A program made the position numbers and the translations under genes. DNA of 64,000 nucleotides from assembly GCA_963555825.3 (NCBI GenBank), contig CAUVXB020000001.1, forward strand, positions 800,001 to 864,000. Direction: 5' to 3'. Below are positions 45,811 through 55,832 of the stretch, one piece after another. Source of the DNA: Alphaproteobacteria bacterium. GTDB taxonomy: Bacteria; Pseudomonadota; Alphaproteobacteria; JAAXGF01. How positions within the stretch are numbered: position 1 is the stretch's first letter; each line of letters opens with the position of its first letter. The notes under the pieces were generated by a model. That model had not been told where the DNA came from. It did no database searches and saw only the letters and a program-made list of their open reading frames with translations.

Positions 45811-48528
45811 ATGTCGTCGGTGATCTATGGCTTGTTGAGCCTCCTCGCGCTCGGTCTTCTGCTGTGCATTCTGGTGGCGCCGATCGTCGCCCTGGTGCGC
45901 ACCGGGCAGTTGCGCCGCGACGTCGACCAGCTGTACCGCGAGATGGTCATGCTGCGCGCCTCGTTCGATGCGGCTCCAGCCGCCGAGCCGCCCGAGGCGC
46001 CGTCCGAGCCCGAACCCGCCGTAGAGCCTGAGCCCGCCGTAAAGCCTGATGAACCGCCGACCGACGACGAGCCGCCGCCCGCAGTGCCGCCGCCCTGCGC
46101 GCCCAAGGAGGCGCTCGAGCAGCGGCTGACCATGCGCTGGCTGGTCTGGCTGGGTGGCGTGACGATCGCGCTCGGCGGCGTGTTCCTGGTCAAGTACTCG
46201 ATCGAGCAGGAACTACTCGGGCCGGTCGGGCGGTGCAGCCTGGGCCTGGCCCTCGGCATCGCGCTGGTCGTCGCCGGCGAGTGGCTGCGCCGCCAGCCGC
46301 TGCAGCGCGCCATCGCCTCGGTGCGGCCGTCGCAGGTGCCGCCGGCGCTGACCGCGGCGGGCATCGCGACGATGTTCGCGGTGACCTACGCGGCGTTCGC
46401 GCTCTATGGCCTGATCTCGCCGCTGGTGACTTTTGCCGCCTTGGCCGTGATCGCGCTCGGCGCCTTCGCGCTGGCGCTCCTGCAAGGCCCTTTCGTCGCG
46501 CTCTTGGGGCTCGTCGGTGGCTTCCTGGTGCCCATGCTGGTGCCGTCGGACGATCCTTCGGCCTATGCGCTGTTCGGCTATCTCCTGGTCGTGCTCGCCG
46601 CCGCGCTTGCAGTGGTGCGTTACATGGCGTGGGGCTGGCTCGCCTGGATCGCACTGGCCGGCGCGATGCTGTGGACCGCGCTCTGGCTGGCTGCGGGATG
46701 GCAGCGCGGCGACGCGCTCGCGCTCGGCGGCTTCCTGATAGCGACAATTTACCTGTTCGTCTTCCTACGGCCGCGCCTCGCGCCTGGGCCGCCGGCGCCG
46801 AACCTGTGGCGCGCGTTCCTCGCCATGGCGCCGCCCGACCGCCTCGCCTGGCTCGCGGCAATCGCCGCGGCGGTCCTGATGTACGCGGTGGTGCGCCAGG
46901 ACGGCTACGGCGTCATTTCGCTGGTCGCGTTGGGCCTGCTCGCGGCGTCGTTCATGGTCATCGGCCGGCGCGAATCGGTGTTCGACGGGCTCGCCATCGT
47001 CGGCGTGGTGGCCGTGGCCGCGGCGCTGGCGACCTGGCATCTGCCCTATGTCATCGAGGACGAGCGCTTCATCTACGACATCCTGGGCACGCGCAAACCG
47101 TTCCCGGGTGCGCCGGTCGTGCCGCCCGAGCTGGTGTCCTACGTCGTCACCGCGGCGGCCTTCGCCGCGCTGTTCGCCGTCGGCGGCTTCACCGCGTTGT
47201 GGCGCGCGGCGCGGCCGGCGCTGTGGGCGGCGGTCTCGGCCGGCGCCCCGCCGCTCATCCTGGCGATCGCCTTTTGGCGCGTCGCGGCGGCCGGCGGTGA
47301 TCTCGCCTGGACCACCGCGAGCCTGGTGCTCGCCGGCCTCGCCCTCGCCGGCGCCGACCGTTGCGCCCGCCACCGCGGCGCGGCCGGCATGGAGGCGGCG
47401 CTGGGCGCCTATGCGGTCGGCGTCGTCGCGGCGGTCAGTCTGTCGGCGACCATCGCGCTCGAACAGGCCTGGCTGACCGTCGCGCTGTCGCTGCAGCTGC
47501 CGGCGCTCGCCTGGATCGACGGCAAGCTCGGCGTCCGCGCGCTGCGCCGCGTCGCCTTCGTGATTGCCGCCATCGTTTTGGCGCGTCTCGCGCTCAACCA
47601 CCAGGTGCTCGATTACCCGTCGGGCGCCGTGCCGGGGCTCAATTGGGTGCTCTACGGCTATGGCATCCCGATGGTCGCGTTCCTCGCCGCCGCCTGGCAG
47701 TTCCGCAGGCGCATCGACGACAACCTGGTGGTCGCGCTCGAGGGTGGCGCGCTGGTCTTCGGTGCCCTCTTTGTCACCCTCGAGATCCGCCATTTCGTGA
47801 CCGGCTCGCTCGATGCGCGCGACTATTCCCTGATCGAGCAGAGCCTGCAGTCGATCGCCTGGCTGGCCATCGGCTACGGCCTCTACCGCCAGCGCCGCCG
47901 GTCCGATCGGGCGGTGTTGCGTTGGGGCTGGCGCATCGTCACCTCGCTGGCGACGGCGCATGTGATCTTGATCCAGGTCGTGTTGTCGAACCCGATGATG
48001 ACCGGCGACAGGGTGGGCGACTGGCCGATCGTCAATATGCTGCTGCTCGCCTATGGTGCGCCAGGGGTCTTCGGCATCCTTTTCCTGCGCGAGGCGCGCC
48101 GCCAGAGTCATGACTGGACCGCCGCCGGCGCAGGCGTCGCCACGGTGGCGCTGTTCTTCGTTGAAATCTCGCTCGAGGTGCGCCGCGCGTTCCTGGGCGA
48201 CGACCTATGTCTCCTGCGCGGTGCGAGCGACGCCGAGTGGTACAGCTATTCGGTCGCCTGGCTGGTCTACGCCGGCATGCTGCTCGCCGCCGGCATCCTG
48301 CGCGGCCATGTCGCGTTGCGCTACGCCTCGCTCGCCATCCTGGCGCTCACCGTGCTCAAGGTCTTCTTCTCGGACATGGATGCGCTGACCGGTCTCTACC
48401 GCGCGCTTTCGTTCCTCGGCCTCGGCGCCACCCTGGTCGCCATCGGCTACCTGTACCAGCGTTTCGTCTTCCCGCAGCAGCAGCCGGCGGCCTCCGCCAC
48501 GACCGAGGACGACGACGCGGCGACGTGA
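45811..48528 (+). CDS. DUF2339-like large membrane protein
   Basis: LEQRLTMRWLVWLGG, LKVFFSDM..LTGLYRALSFLGLG..IGYLYQR. Confidence 0.85.
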   Translation: MSSVIYGLLSLLALGLLLCILVAPIVALVRTGQLRRDVDQLYREMVMLRASFDAAPAAEPPEAPSEPEPAVEPEPAVKPDEPPTDDEPPPAVPPPCAPKEALEQRLTMRWLVWLGGVTIALGGVFLVKYSIEQELLGPVGRCSLGLALGIALVVAGEWLRRQPLQRAIASVRPSQVPPALTAAGIATMFAVTYAAFALYGLISPLVTFAALAVIALGAFALALLQGPFVALLGLVGGFLVPMLVPSDDPSAYALFGYLLVVLAAALAVVRYMAWGWLAWIALAGAMLWTALWLAAGWQRGDALALGGFLIATIYLFVFLRPRLAPGPPAPNLWRAFLAMAPPDRLAWLAAIAAAVLMYAVVRQDGYGVISLVALGLLAASFMVIGRRESVFDGLAIVGVVAVAAALATWHLPYVIEDERFIYDILGTRKPFPGAPVVPPELVSYVVTAAAFAALFAVGGFTALWRAARPALWAAVSAGAPPLILAIAFWRVAAAGGDLAWTTASLVLAGLALAGADRCARHRGAAGMEAALGAYAVGVVAAVSLSATIALEQAWLTVALSLQLPALAWIDGKLGVRALRRVAFVIAAIVLARLALNHQVLDYPSGAVPGLNWVLYGYGIPMVAFLAAAWQFRRRIDDNLVVALEGGALVFGALFVTLEIRHFVTGSLDARDYSLIEQSLQSIAWLAIGYGLYRQRRRSDRAVLRWGWRIVTSLATAHVILIQVVLSNPMMTGDRVGDWPIVNMLLLAYGAPGVFGILFLREARRQSHDWTAAGAGVATVALFFVEISLEVRRAFLGDDLCLLRGASDAEWYSYSVAWLVYAGMLLAAGILRGHVALRYASLAILALTVLKVFFSDMDALTGLYRALSFLGLGATLVAIGYLYQRFVFPQQQPAASATTEDDDAAT

Positions 48529-48605
48529 CGCGGCGACGCTGGCGGGCACCGTCGCCGGCCTGTAGACTTATCCAGCAACCGACCCCTTCCGCGAGCCCGC
48601 ATGCC

Positions 48606-50570
48606 ATGACCCACCCGCAGTTCCCGCATCTCTTCTCGCCGCTCTCCATGCGCGGCGTGACGCTCAAGAACCGCATCTTCTCGACCGGCCACATGACCTC
48701 GCTGGTCACCGACGGCAAACCGAACGACGCTCTGGTCGCCTATCACGAGGCGCGCGCGGTGGGTGGCGCCGGGCTGATCATCGTCGAGGTCGCCGCGGTG
48801 CACTCATCGGCGATCTTCACGACCCACACGATCATGGCGACTTCCGACGACTGCATCCCCGGCTACCGCAAGATCGCCGACGCCTGCCACGCCCACGGCT
48901 GCAAGGTCTTCGGCCAGCTGTTCCACCCGGGCCGCGAGCTGATCGAATCGCTCGACGGCAGCGCGCCGGTCTCCTTTGCGCCGTCGGCGACGCCCAACGA
49001 GCGCTTTCACGTCATGCCGTCGCCGATGTCGCGCGCGATGATCGCCGAAGTCGTCGCGGGTTTCGGCGACGCCGCGCGCCGCATGATCGCGGCCGGTCTC
49101 GACGGCGTCGAGATCGTCGCCAGCCACGGCTATCTGCCAGCCCAGTTCCTCAACCCGCGCATCAATGCGCGCGACGACGACTACGGCGGCTCAGACGAGA
49201 ACCGGCTGCGCTTTCTGCGCGAGGTCGCCGCCGATGTCCGCGCCAAGATCGGCGGCGACGCGGTGCTCGGCATGCGCATCTCGGGCGACGAGAAGAGCGT
49301 CGAGGGGCTCACCGTCGACGAGGTGATCGAGGCCTGCATAGCGCTCGACGGCGACGGCGCGCTCGACTACTACAACGTCATCGCCGGCTCGTCGTCGACG
49401 CTCGCCGGCTCGATCCACATCGTGCCGCCGATGCTGATCGACAACGCCTATGTCGCGCCCTATGCCGCGGGTGTTCGCGCCAAGGTTTCCAAGCCGGTGT
49501 TCGTCGCCGGGCGCATCAACCAACCGCAGATCGCCGAGCAGGTGCTCGAAGGCGGCCAGGCCGATATGTGCGGCATGACGCGCGCCATGATCTGCGACCC
49601 GGCGATGGCCGGCAAGGCCGAGGCCGGCCGCGCCGACGACATCCGCGCCTGCATCGCCTGCAATCAGGCGTGCATCGGACATATGCTGGCCGGCTACTCG
49701 ATCTCCTGCATCCAACACCCCGAGACCGGGCGCGAGCTGGTCTACGGCACCCGCGTGCCGGCCGAACGCGCGCGCAAGGTGCTGGTCGCCGGCGGCGGGC
49801 CGGGCGGCATGAAGGCCGCGGCGGTCGCCGCCGAGCGCGGCCACGACGTGACGCTTTATGAGCGGGGCTCGCGGCTCGGCGGCCAGACGCTCTTGGCCCA
49901 GCTGCTGCCCGGGCGCGCCGAGTTCGGCGGCATCGTCCCCAATCTCACGCGCGAGATGGAGCTGGCCGGCGTCACCGTGGTCAAGAACACCGCCGTCACC
50001 CGAGAGCTGGTCGAAGCGGAAGCGCCCGAGGCCGTAATCGTCGCGACCGGCGCGAGGCCGCGCCGGCCCGAAATCGAAGGCGCCGAGGAGGCGCATGTCG
50101 TCGACGCCTGGCAGGTGCTCGGCGACGAGGTCAACGTCGGCCAATCGGTCGTCGTCGCCGACTGGCGCTGCGACTGGATCGGCCTCGGCCTGGCCGAGAA
50201 GCTGGCGCGCGACGGCTGCCACGTGCGCCTCGCGGTCAACGGCTACATGCCGGGCCAAACCATCCAGCAGTACGTCCGCGATCACTGGATCGGCATCCTG
50301 CACAAGTTGGGCGTCGAGATCATCCCCTACGTCCGGCTGTTCGGCGCCGACGCGGATGCGGTCTACCTGCAGCACACCACGAGCGGCGAGCCGGTGATCT
50401 GCGAGAACGTCGAGACACTGGTCGTCTCGCTCGGCCACGAGAGCGACACCGGCCTGATCGGTGCGCTCGACGGCTACGCCGGCGCGGTGCATGCGATCGG
50501 CGACTGCCGCGCGCCGCGCACCGCCGAAGAAGCCGTCCTCGAGGGCCTCAAGGTGGCTTCGGCGCTGTAA
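48606..50570 (+). CDS. NADH:flavin oxidoreductase (OYE + Fe-S + FAD; StcD/N-methylproline demethylase-like)
   Basis: LKNRIFSTGH, SHGYLPAQF, CIACNQAC, GGGPGG. Confidence 0.88.
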   Translation: MTHPQFPHLFSPLSMRGVTLKNRIFSTGHMTSLVTDGKPNDALVAYHEARAVGGAGLIIVEVAAVHSSAIFTTHTIMATSDDCIPGYRKIADACHAHGCKVFGQLFHPGRELIESLDGSAPVSFAPSATPNERFHVMPSPMSRAMIAEVVAGFGDAARRMIAAGLDGVEIVASHGYLPAQFLNPRINARDDDYGGSDENRLRFLREVAADVRAKIGGDAVLGMRISGDEKSVEGLTVDEVIEACIALDGDGALDYYNVIAGSSSTLAGSIHIVPPMLIDNAYVAPYAAGVRAKVSKPVFVAGRINQPQIAEQVLEGGQADMCGMTRAMICDPAMAGKAEAGRADDIRACIACNQACIGHMLAGYSISCIQHPETGRELVYGTRVPAERARKVLVAGGGPGGMKAAAVAAERGHDVTLYERGSRLGGQTLLAQLLPGRAEFGGIVPNLTREMELAGVTVVKNTAVTRELVEAEAPEAVIVATGARPRRPEIEGAEEAHVVDAWQVLGDEVNVGQSVVVADWRCDWIGLGLAEKLARDGCHVRLAVNGYMPGQTIQQYVRDHWIGILHKLGVEIIPYVRLFGADADAVYLQHTTSGEPVICENVETLVVSLGHESDTGLIGALDGYAGAVHAIGDCRAPRTAEEAVLEGLKVASAL

Positions 50571-50616
50571 TCGCCGGCGCGCAGGCAGCACATTCGCGTC
50601 GTGAACCGGTTCAATA

Positions 50617-50684
50617 AACGTTAGCTTACGAGCCGAAACGGACGTTCGGTGTGAATGACTGGAAATCGGCCAGAAGCGGCCGAA
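50617..50684. repeat. Pair of ~30-bp degenerate palindromes
   Basis: aacgttagcttacgagccgaaacggacgtt and aatgactggaaatcggccagaagcggccgaa; similar pair at 53781-53845. Confidence 0.5.
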
Positions 50685-50782
50685 CAGTGCGGTTGGCGGA
50701 TTGGAAAACAATCGTTCGTCCCCAACCGATTGCACTACCGTTCGGGACCGCAAGCGAACAAGTTGGATTCGTCGAGCGACCA

Positions 50783-51895
50783 TCAGACCGGATCGAGCTC
50801 CGGCGGGATGAGGACGAGCTTACCAGTGTGCTTCTTCTCGACGAAGTCACGTTGCGCTTGAACGATGTTCTCCAGAGCATACGTCTCCGCGACGACAGGG
50901 CGAACCTCGCCTCTTTCTATGTAACCGACGAGGTTTTCGAACACGACATCTTCCTGAAACGTGCAGCCGAAGAAGCTCAGATCTTTCAGGTACAGCGTTC
51001 GAACGTCCAATTCCACCATGGGGCCTGCGATTGCGCCGGCTGTCACATAACGCCCCCCGCGGCGGAGGATCTCAAGCAGTGCCGGCCATTGCGCGCCGGC
51101 AACGAGATCGACGACTACGTCAACCGTCTCGCGTCCGAGGGCGGCGACGAGCTTCGCATCGCGCTCAACAACTTGGTCGGCGCCCAGCGCCAGCACCTCG
51201 TCGAACTTGCTACGCCCGCAGACCGCCGTCACCTGGGCGCCGCGGCGCTTGCCAAGCTGGACGGCAGCTGAGCCGACGCCACCTGATGCGCCGGTGATCA
51301 GGACCTGTTCCTCACCCACATTCGCGCGGTGCAGCATGCCCTCCGCCGTCGAATAGGCGCAGGGGATCGAGGCGAGTTCGGCATCTGACCAGTCGCACGC
51401 GACCCGGTAGGTCTCGCGCGCCGGCGCCGTCGCGAACTGGGCGAACGCGCCGTCGCATTCCGAGCCGAAGGTCCAGCACTCGAAAGGGCGATAGTCGACA
51501 GGCGTCCGGAGCATGTTCCTGACAACAACGCGCTCCCCGATTCGCGCTGGATCGACGCCGTTCCCGACATTAACGACACGCCCGCAGCAGTCTGCGCCTT
51601 GGATGCGGGGGAACGAGACCGGGATGCCTGACCAGCTCGCGTCGTCATCCGATGCCGACGCAAACCCGCCTTCTCCGCCAGCATTCGTGTCCGATGTCAC
51701 GGATTTTGAGTACCACGCGATCCGCGTGTTGATGTCGGTATTGTTGACCCCTGCCGCGCGCACCTGAATCAGGACTTCGCCGGTGTCCGGCTTGGGCGTC
51801 GGTACATTGGTGCGATAGTCGAGATTGTCGAAACCGCCATGCCCAGTGAGCAAGACAGCCGCCATCTTCTCAGGAGTTGTCGGTGGATTGGCCAA
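50783..51895 (-). CDS. MDR/zinc-binding alcohol dehydrogenase family oxidoreductase
   Basis: GVNNTD, PRIQGAD, GASGGVG, GKLVL. Confidence 0.9.
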   Translation of the reverse strand: MANPPTTPEKMAAVLLTGHGGFDNLDYRTNVPTPKPDTGEVLIQVRAAGVNNTDINTRIAWYSKSVTSDTNAGGEGGFASASDDDASWSGIPVSFPRIQGADCCGRVVNVGNGVDPARIGERVVVRNMLRTPVDYRPFECWTFGSECDGAFAQFATAPARETYRVACDWSDAELASIPCAYSTAEGMLHRANVGEEQVLITGASGGVGSAAVQLGKRRGAQVTAVCGRSKFDEVLALGADQVVERDAKLVAALGRETVDVVVDLVAGAQWPALLEILRRGGRYVTAGAIAGPMVELDVRTLYLKDLSFFGCTFQEDVVFENLVGYIERGEVRPVVAETYALENIVQAQRDFVEKKHTGKLVLIPPELDPV

Positions 51896-51904
51896 GGCGT
51901 GTGC

Positions 51905-53125
51905 TCAAATTAACAGGACGTCTTCGAACGGCAGGCTACTCATCAGCTCGTGACCGGATGACGTCACGACGAGTTGCTGCTCGAGCTTCACACCTTCATA
52001 CCCCTCGACCTCGCCGGCATAGGCCTCGGCGCAAATGACCATGCCGGACTCCAGTTCCATGTCGGGATACGGCATCCGATGGATCTCGTCCTTCCTGCAG
52101 AGAAGCGGAAATTCGATCTGTACGCCCGCCCCATGTCCGACGGCCTCCTGATAGGCTCTGAACTCCTCCGGCGGCTCAAAGCAGCGCTCGGCGATCTCGC
52201 GGAAAGAAACGCCGGGACGCATGAGGTCCAGATTGTGGTGCAGGGTGTCATAGGCTACGCGATAGAGCCGTTTTTGCGCATCGCTCGGCCTGTCGCCGCA
52301 GAGATAGGCGCGAGAGATATCACCGACATAGCCGAAAGGGCCGACCATATCGGTGTCGAAAACGATCAGCTCGCCATCTTCGACGACCTTTTCGCTCGCG
52401 GACTGATACCAGGGATTGGTCCGCGCACCAGAGGTCAGCAAGCGCGTCTCCAACCACTCCCCGCCATGCTCCACGTTAGTCTCATGCAGGGTGGCCCAGA
52501 GTTGTTGCTCCGTGATGCCCGGTCGCAGGCGTTCTCGAATCCGCCGTGCCCCGAGGTCCGCGACCTCCACCGCAGCGCGCAGACACGTGATCTCCTCATC
52601 GGATTTGATGAGCCGGGCCCGCGCCATGAGGCCGTCGCCGTCGAGCACGCCAAAGCCTCGCTTAACCAACTCGGCACAGGCCGGGGGTGACAGCTTGTCG
52701 ATGGCCACCCGGCGGCTGTCGCCACAGTGCTCGCGCATCAGGGCTTCCAGTTCGGCGCACCAAGCCTCGACGAACGGAGCCTTGGCGTCGAGTTTGTAGA
52801 AGGTTGCGAAGGACGTTGCTGGACGCACGTCGGCGACGAACTCCAGATCATCAGCCGAGATCGGGCAGGTTTTCAGCGCATATTCGAACATAATCGGTAG
52901 GCCATCCGCTGGGACGAATGCGTATCGGACGGGCGTGTAGGACGTCCATAGAAGATTGGCGTTTGTCAGGTTGGTGGCGTAGCGGATATTCTGCGGCTCG
53001 AACAGCACGGCGGCCGCAATATCGCTATGGTGCAGCTGTTGCTGAATGCGTGCAAGCCGATGGCGGCAAAGTGCCCGAAAGTCGATGGCCGCATCGGCCC
53101 GCTCCTTGATAGTTTGCATGTCCAA
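51905..53125 (-). CDS. M24-family metallopeptidase, DddP-like
   Basis: EWLETRLLTSGARTNPWYQ, FDTDMVG..DISR, HGAG, CAEAY, VKLEQQ. Confidence 0.8.
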   Translation of the reverse strand: MDMQTIKERADAAIDFRALCRHRLARIQQQLHHSDIAAAVLFEPQNIRYATNLTNANLLWTSYTPVRYAFVPADGLPIMFEYALKTCPISADDLEFVADVRPATSFATFYKLDAKAPFVEAWCAELEALMREHCGDSRRVAIDKLSPPACAELVKRGFGVLDGDGLMARARLIKSDEEITCLRAAVEVADLGARRIRERLRPGITEQQLWATLHETNVEHGGEWLETRLLTSGARTNPWYQSASEKVVEDGELIVFDTDMVGPFGYVGDISRAYLCGDRPSDAQKRLYRVAYDTLHHNLDLMRPGVSFREIAERCFEPPEEFRAYQEAVGHGAGVQIEFPLLCRKDEIHRMPYPDMELESGMVICAEAYAGEVEGYEGVKLEQQLVVTSSGHELMSSLPFEDVLLI

Positions 53126-53184
53126 ATCCGGCCCCCACTGGTATGTCTAGTGTCTGTGCACAATAGTATAGTGATCGCTCTACT

Positions 53185-53739
53185 TTGGCAAAGACGAATA
53201 CGAAGATCAAGATCGCCGCAGCCGCCAATCGGCTGTTTTCAGAGCACGGCTTCGCGGAACCGGGCGTCGAAGCGATCCGTGAAGCCGCAGATGTCAGTAT
53301 CCGGACTCTCTACAAACACTATCCATCGAAGAATGCGATGATCGTCGCCGCGCTCGCCTATCGCCACAAGGCGTATCTGGCGCATCTGCGAAAAAATTCA
53401 CCATCCGCCCCAGGCTCGGCGGCGATTGCACACCTGTTCCAGTGCGTGGCGGTATGGATGAGCGGCGATCACGCGCGCGGTTGTCTGTTCCTCCAGGCGC
53501 TCGCCGCCTATCCGGGGAGCACGACGATCATCAATGAGGTTGAGCGAAATAAAAGCGGTGTCAGGGCCGAGATTGCACGCCGTGTCCCTGCTCACAATCA
53601 AGCGATCATCCCGATACTTTTCCTTCTGCACGAAGGCGTGACGGCGGCTGCTTCTAGTGTCGGGGCGAAGGTAGCCGCAGAAAATGCGATCGCGGCGGCC
53701 AACAGGCTTCTTGCGGGAAATGACCTCCCACCAGGGTAG
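53185..53739 (+). CDS. TetR-family regulator
   Basis: N-terminal HTH IREAADVSIRTLYKHYPSK, GCLF; divergent from the M24 gene. Confidence 0.9.
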   Translation: MAKTNTKIKIAAAANRLFSEHGFAEPGVEAIREAADVSIRTLYKHYPSKNAMIVAALAYRHKAYLAHLRKNSPSAPGSAAIAHLFQCVAVWMSGDHARGCLFLQALAAYPGSTTIINEVERNKSGVRAEIARRVPAHNQAIIPILFLLHEGVTAAASSVGAKVAAENAIAAANRLLAGNDLPPG

Positions 53740-53780
53740 CATTGGCCTTTTTAAGTATCTCACGAGGTCGACTTGAGTTG

Positions 53781-53845
53781 GAGGGCCGGTTAGCGATCCG
53801 AAAGCAGCCGTTCACGTGGACGACACCAAAGGTCCGCCTCGGGTC
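53781..53845. repeat. Pair of degenerate palindromes; the second is the IS1182 target and continues at 55534-55547
   Basis: gagggccggttagcgatccgaaagcagccgttc; aaggtccgcctcgggtc|gaaagcagcggttc. Confidence 0.55.
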
Positions 53846-55529
53846 CAGACTGTGTAAGAACGTTTGCTGCGTGATCTGTACGGCGCGTCTTTGGCTTCGA
53901 TGATCCGTCGCGGCGGGTATTCCGGGATTAAGGATTTTCGCCACTCGTGCGGACCTGTCGGCCGGCTGGCGCCGGTGTGAGCTGCGATTTGGCCGGATAT
54001 GGGCGCAATTTGCGGCGCAGAGAGGCCTATGCGGTCCTCATCGCCGCGATCAGCGGGTCGATGCCCGTGATGTTCATGACGCGCTTGAGATTGTAGGCCA
54101 GCACGTGCAGGGCCATCTCGGTCCTCACCCGTTTCAGCGTCTTCGTCTGGAAATGCGTCGCGCCCATCCAGGACTTGATGGTGCCGAAGGGATGCTCGGC
54201 CGTCTCGCGCCGCCGACGCATCGCCTCCGGGTGCTCGTCGAGCCGCCTCTCGACGGCCTCGAGAACATGCTCGTGCTGCCAGCGGGTGATGCGGCGCTGC
54301 TTGGCCGTGGTGCAGCGATGCTTGATGGCGCATCCCTGACAGGCGTTGGTCCAGTAGCGCCGCATGCTCAGCCCCCTCTCCTGGCTGGTGAAGCGGTAGA
54401 CCAAACGCTCGCCGGCCGGGCAGCGATAGACATCGTCGGCGGCCAGATAGACGAAGTCCTGTTTGCCGAAGCGGCCCTTGGCCTTGGCTCCAGAGGTCAG
54501 CGGCTTAGGCAATGTGACGGTGATGCCGGCCTCATCGCAGGCCAGAATCTCCTTACCGTTGTAGTAGCCGCGATCGGCAACGACATCCAACTCGTCGGTC
54601 TCCAGAGCCGCCTTGGTCCGCTTCGCCATGGCTGAGAGCTGGGCGCGGTCGGTGCCCTGATTGGTCACCTCGTGGGCGACGATCAGGTGGTGCTTGGTGT
54701 CGACGGCGGCCTGAACGTTGTAGCCGACCACGCCGGAACCCCGGCCGCTCGTCGCCATCGAGCGGGCATCGGGATCGCTCAGAGAGATCTGCTGGTCCGG
54801 GCTCGCACGCCGCTCGACTTCAAGCGCCTTCAGGCGCCGCATCTCCTCCTTGAGGATCGCGATCTTGTCGGCCAGACGAGTCGTCTTGGTCGTGCGCGCC
54901 AGCGACGGCTCTTGCCGGTCGGCGCTGTCCAACTGGTCCAGATAGCGCGCAACGCTCTCCTCGATCTGCGCCACCCGCCGCGCCATCTTGGCCCGCGTGA
55001 AGTTCCTGTCCCGGCTGTTGACCGCCTTGAACTTCGAGCCATCGATCGCCACGCTCGCCTCGGCGAACAGCCCGAGTTGCCGGCACAGCGCGACGAACCG
55101 GGCGCAGACCTTGCGGATCGCACGGCCGTTGTCCTTGCGGAAGTCGGCGATCGTCTTGTGATCCGGCGCCAGCCGGCCGACCAGCCACATCACTTCCACA
55201 TTGCGCCCGGCCTCCCTCTCGAGCCGACGGCTCGACTGAACCCGGTTGAGATAGCCGTAGATGTAGAGCTTCAACAAATCGCAAGGATGATAGGCCGGCC
55301 TGCCGGTCGCCAGCGGCTCGACCCGGTCGAACCCGAGGCCGCCAAGATCGAGCTCATCGACGAAGACGTCGATCGCCCGAACCGGGTTGTCGTCGCCGAT
55401 CCAGTCTTCCAGGCGCTCCGGAAACAACGTGCCCTGGCTGCGATCGACACCCTCGACAAAACGCTTCATCAGACCCTCCCGCCAAAGCACGAGAGAATCA
55501 TAACACCATCGACGTTTTTACACAGTCTG
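53846..55529 (-). mobile_element. IS1182-family insertion sequence
   Basis: IR cagactgtgtaaRaacgt; 4-bp duplication GGTC at 53842-45 and 55530-33. Confidence 0.92.
54027..55469 (-). CDS. IS1182 transposase
   Basis: GRPAYHP, SSRRLE, PDHKTIADFRK, IDGSK, ADRGY, EHPFG. Confidence 0.94.
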   Translation of the reverse strand: MKRFVEGVDRSQGTLFPERLEDWIGDDNPVRAIDVFVDELDLGGLGFDRVEPLATGRPAYHPCDLLKLYIYGYLNRVQSSRRLEREAGRNVEVMWLVGRLAPDHKTIADFRKDNGRAIRKVCARFVALCRQLGLFAEASVAIDGSKFKAVNSRDRNFTRAKMARRVAQIEESVARYLDQLDSADRQEPSLARTTKTTRLADKIAILKEEMRRLKALEVERRASPDQQISLSDPDARSMATSGRGSGVVGYNVQAAVDTKHHLIVAHEVTNQGTDRAQLSAMAKRTKAALETDELDVVADRGYYNGKEILACDEAGITVTLPKPLTSGAKAKGRFGKQDFVYLAADDVYRCPAGERLVYRFTSQERGLSMRRYWTNACQGCAIKHRCTTAKQRRITRWQHEHVLEAVERRLDEHPEAMRRRRETAEHPFGTIKSWMGATHFQTKTLKRVRTEMALHVLAYNLKRVMNITGIDPLIAAMRTA

Positions 55530-55664
55530 GGTCGAAAGCAGCGGTTCGGCATTAGGCCTTGGTGCCCTGCAATCGTCCCCTCCCGGCCCGAACCAGGCCT
55601 TCATTAAACCGATTCCCCCTCGCGCCTCCCCTTGACAGCCGGGCGACCATCGTGTTTTCTCCCT

Positions 55665-55720
55665 TCAGCGCCGATTTGACCGATCAGCTTGCGGGCGCTT
55701 AACAAATACGGCTAAAGCGA
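55665..55720 (+). ncRNA. SAM-II (SAM-alpha) riboswitch
   Basis: GCGCCGATTTGACCG..TTGCGGGCGCTTAACAAAT..GCTAAAG resembles the SAM-II pseudoknot consensus; TTGACA at 55632; upstream of a sulfur assimilation gene. Confidence 0.8.
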
Positions 55721-55724
55721 TGGC

Positions 55725-55756
55725 AACCGCCACGCCCCGCCGTGGCGGTTTTTTTA
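55725..55756 (+). terminator. Intrinsic terminator directly after the riboswitch aptamer
   Basis: aaccgccacg-loop-cgtggcggtt followed by a T run. Confidence 0.8.
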
Positions 55757-55832
55757 TGCCACGGCACCGATAGCGCCCGCGAGCGACGATCGACCGGCCG
55801 AACCGAATTGTGCTCTCGGGGAGACCGCTACC

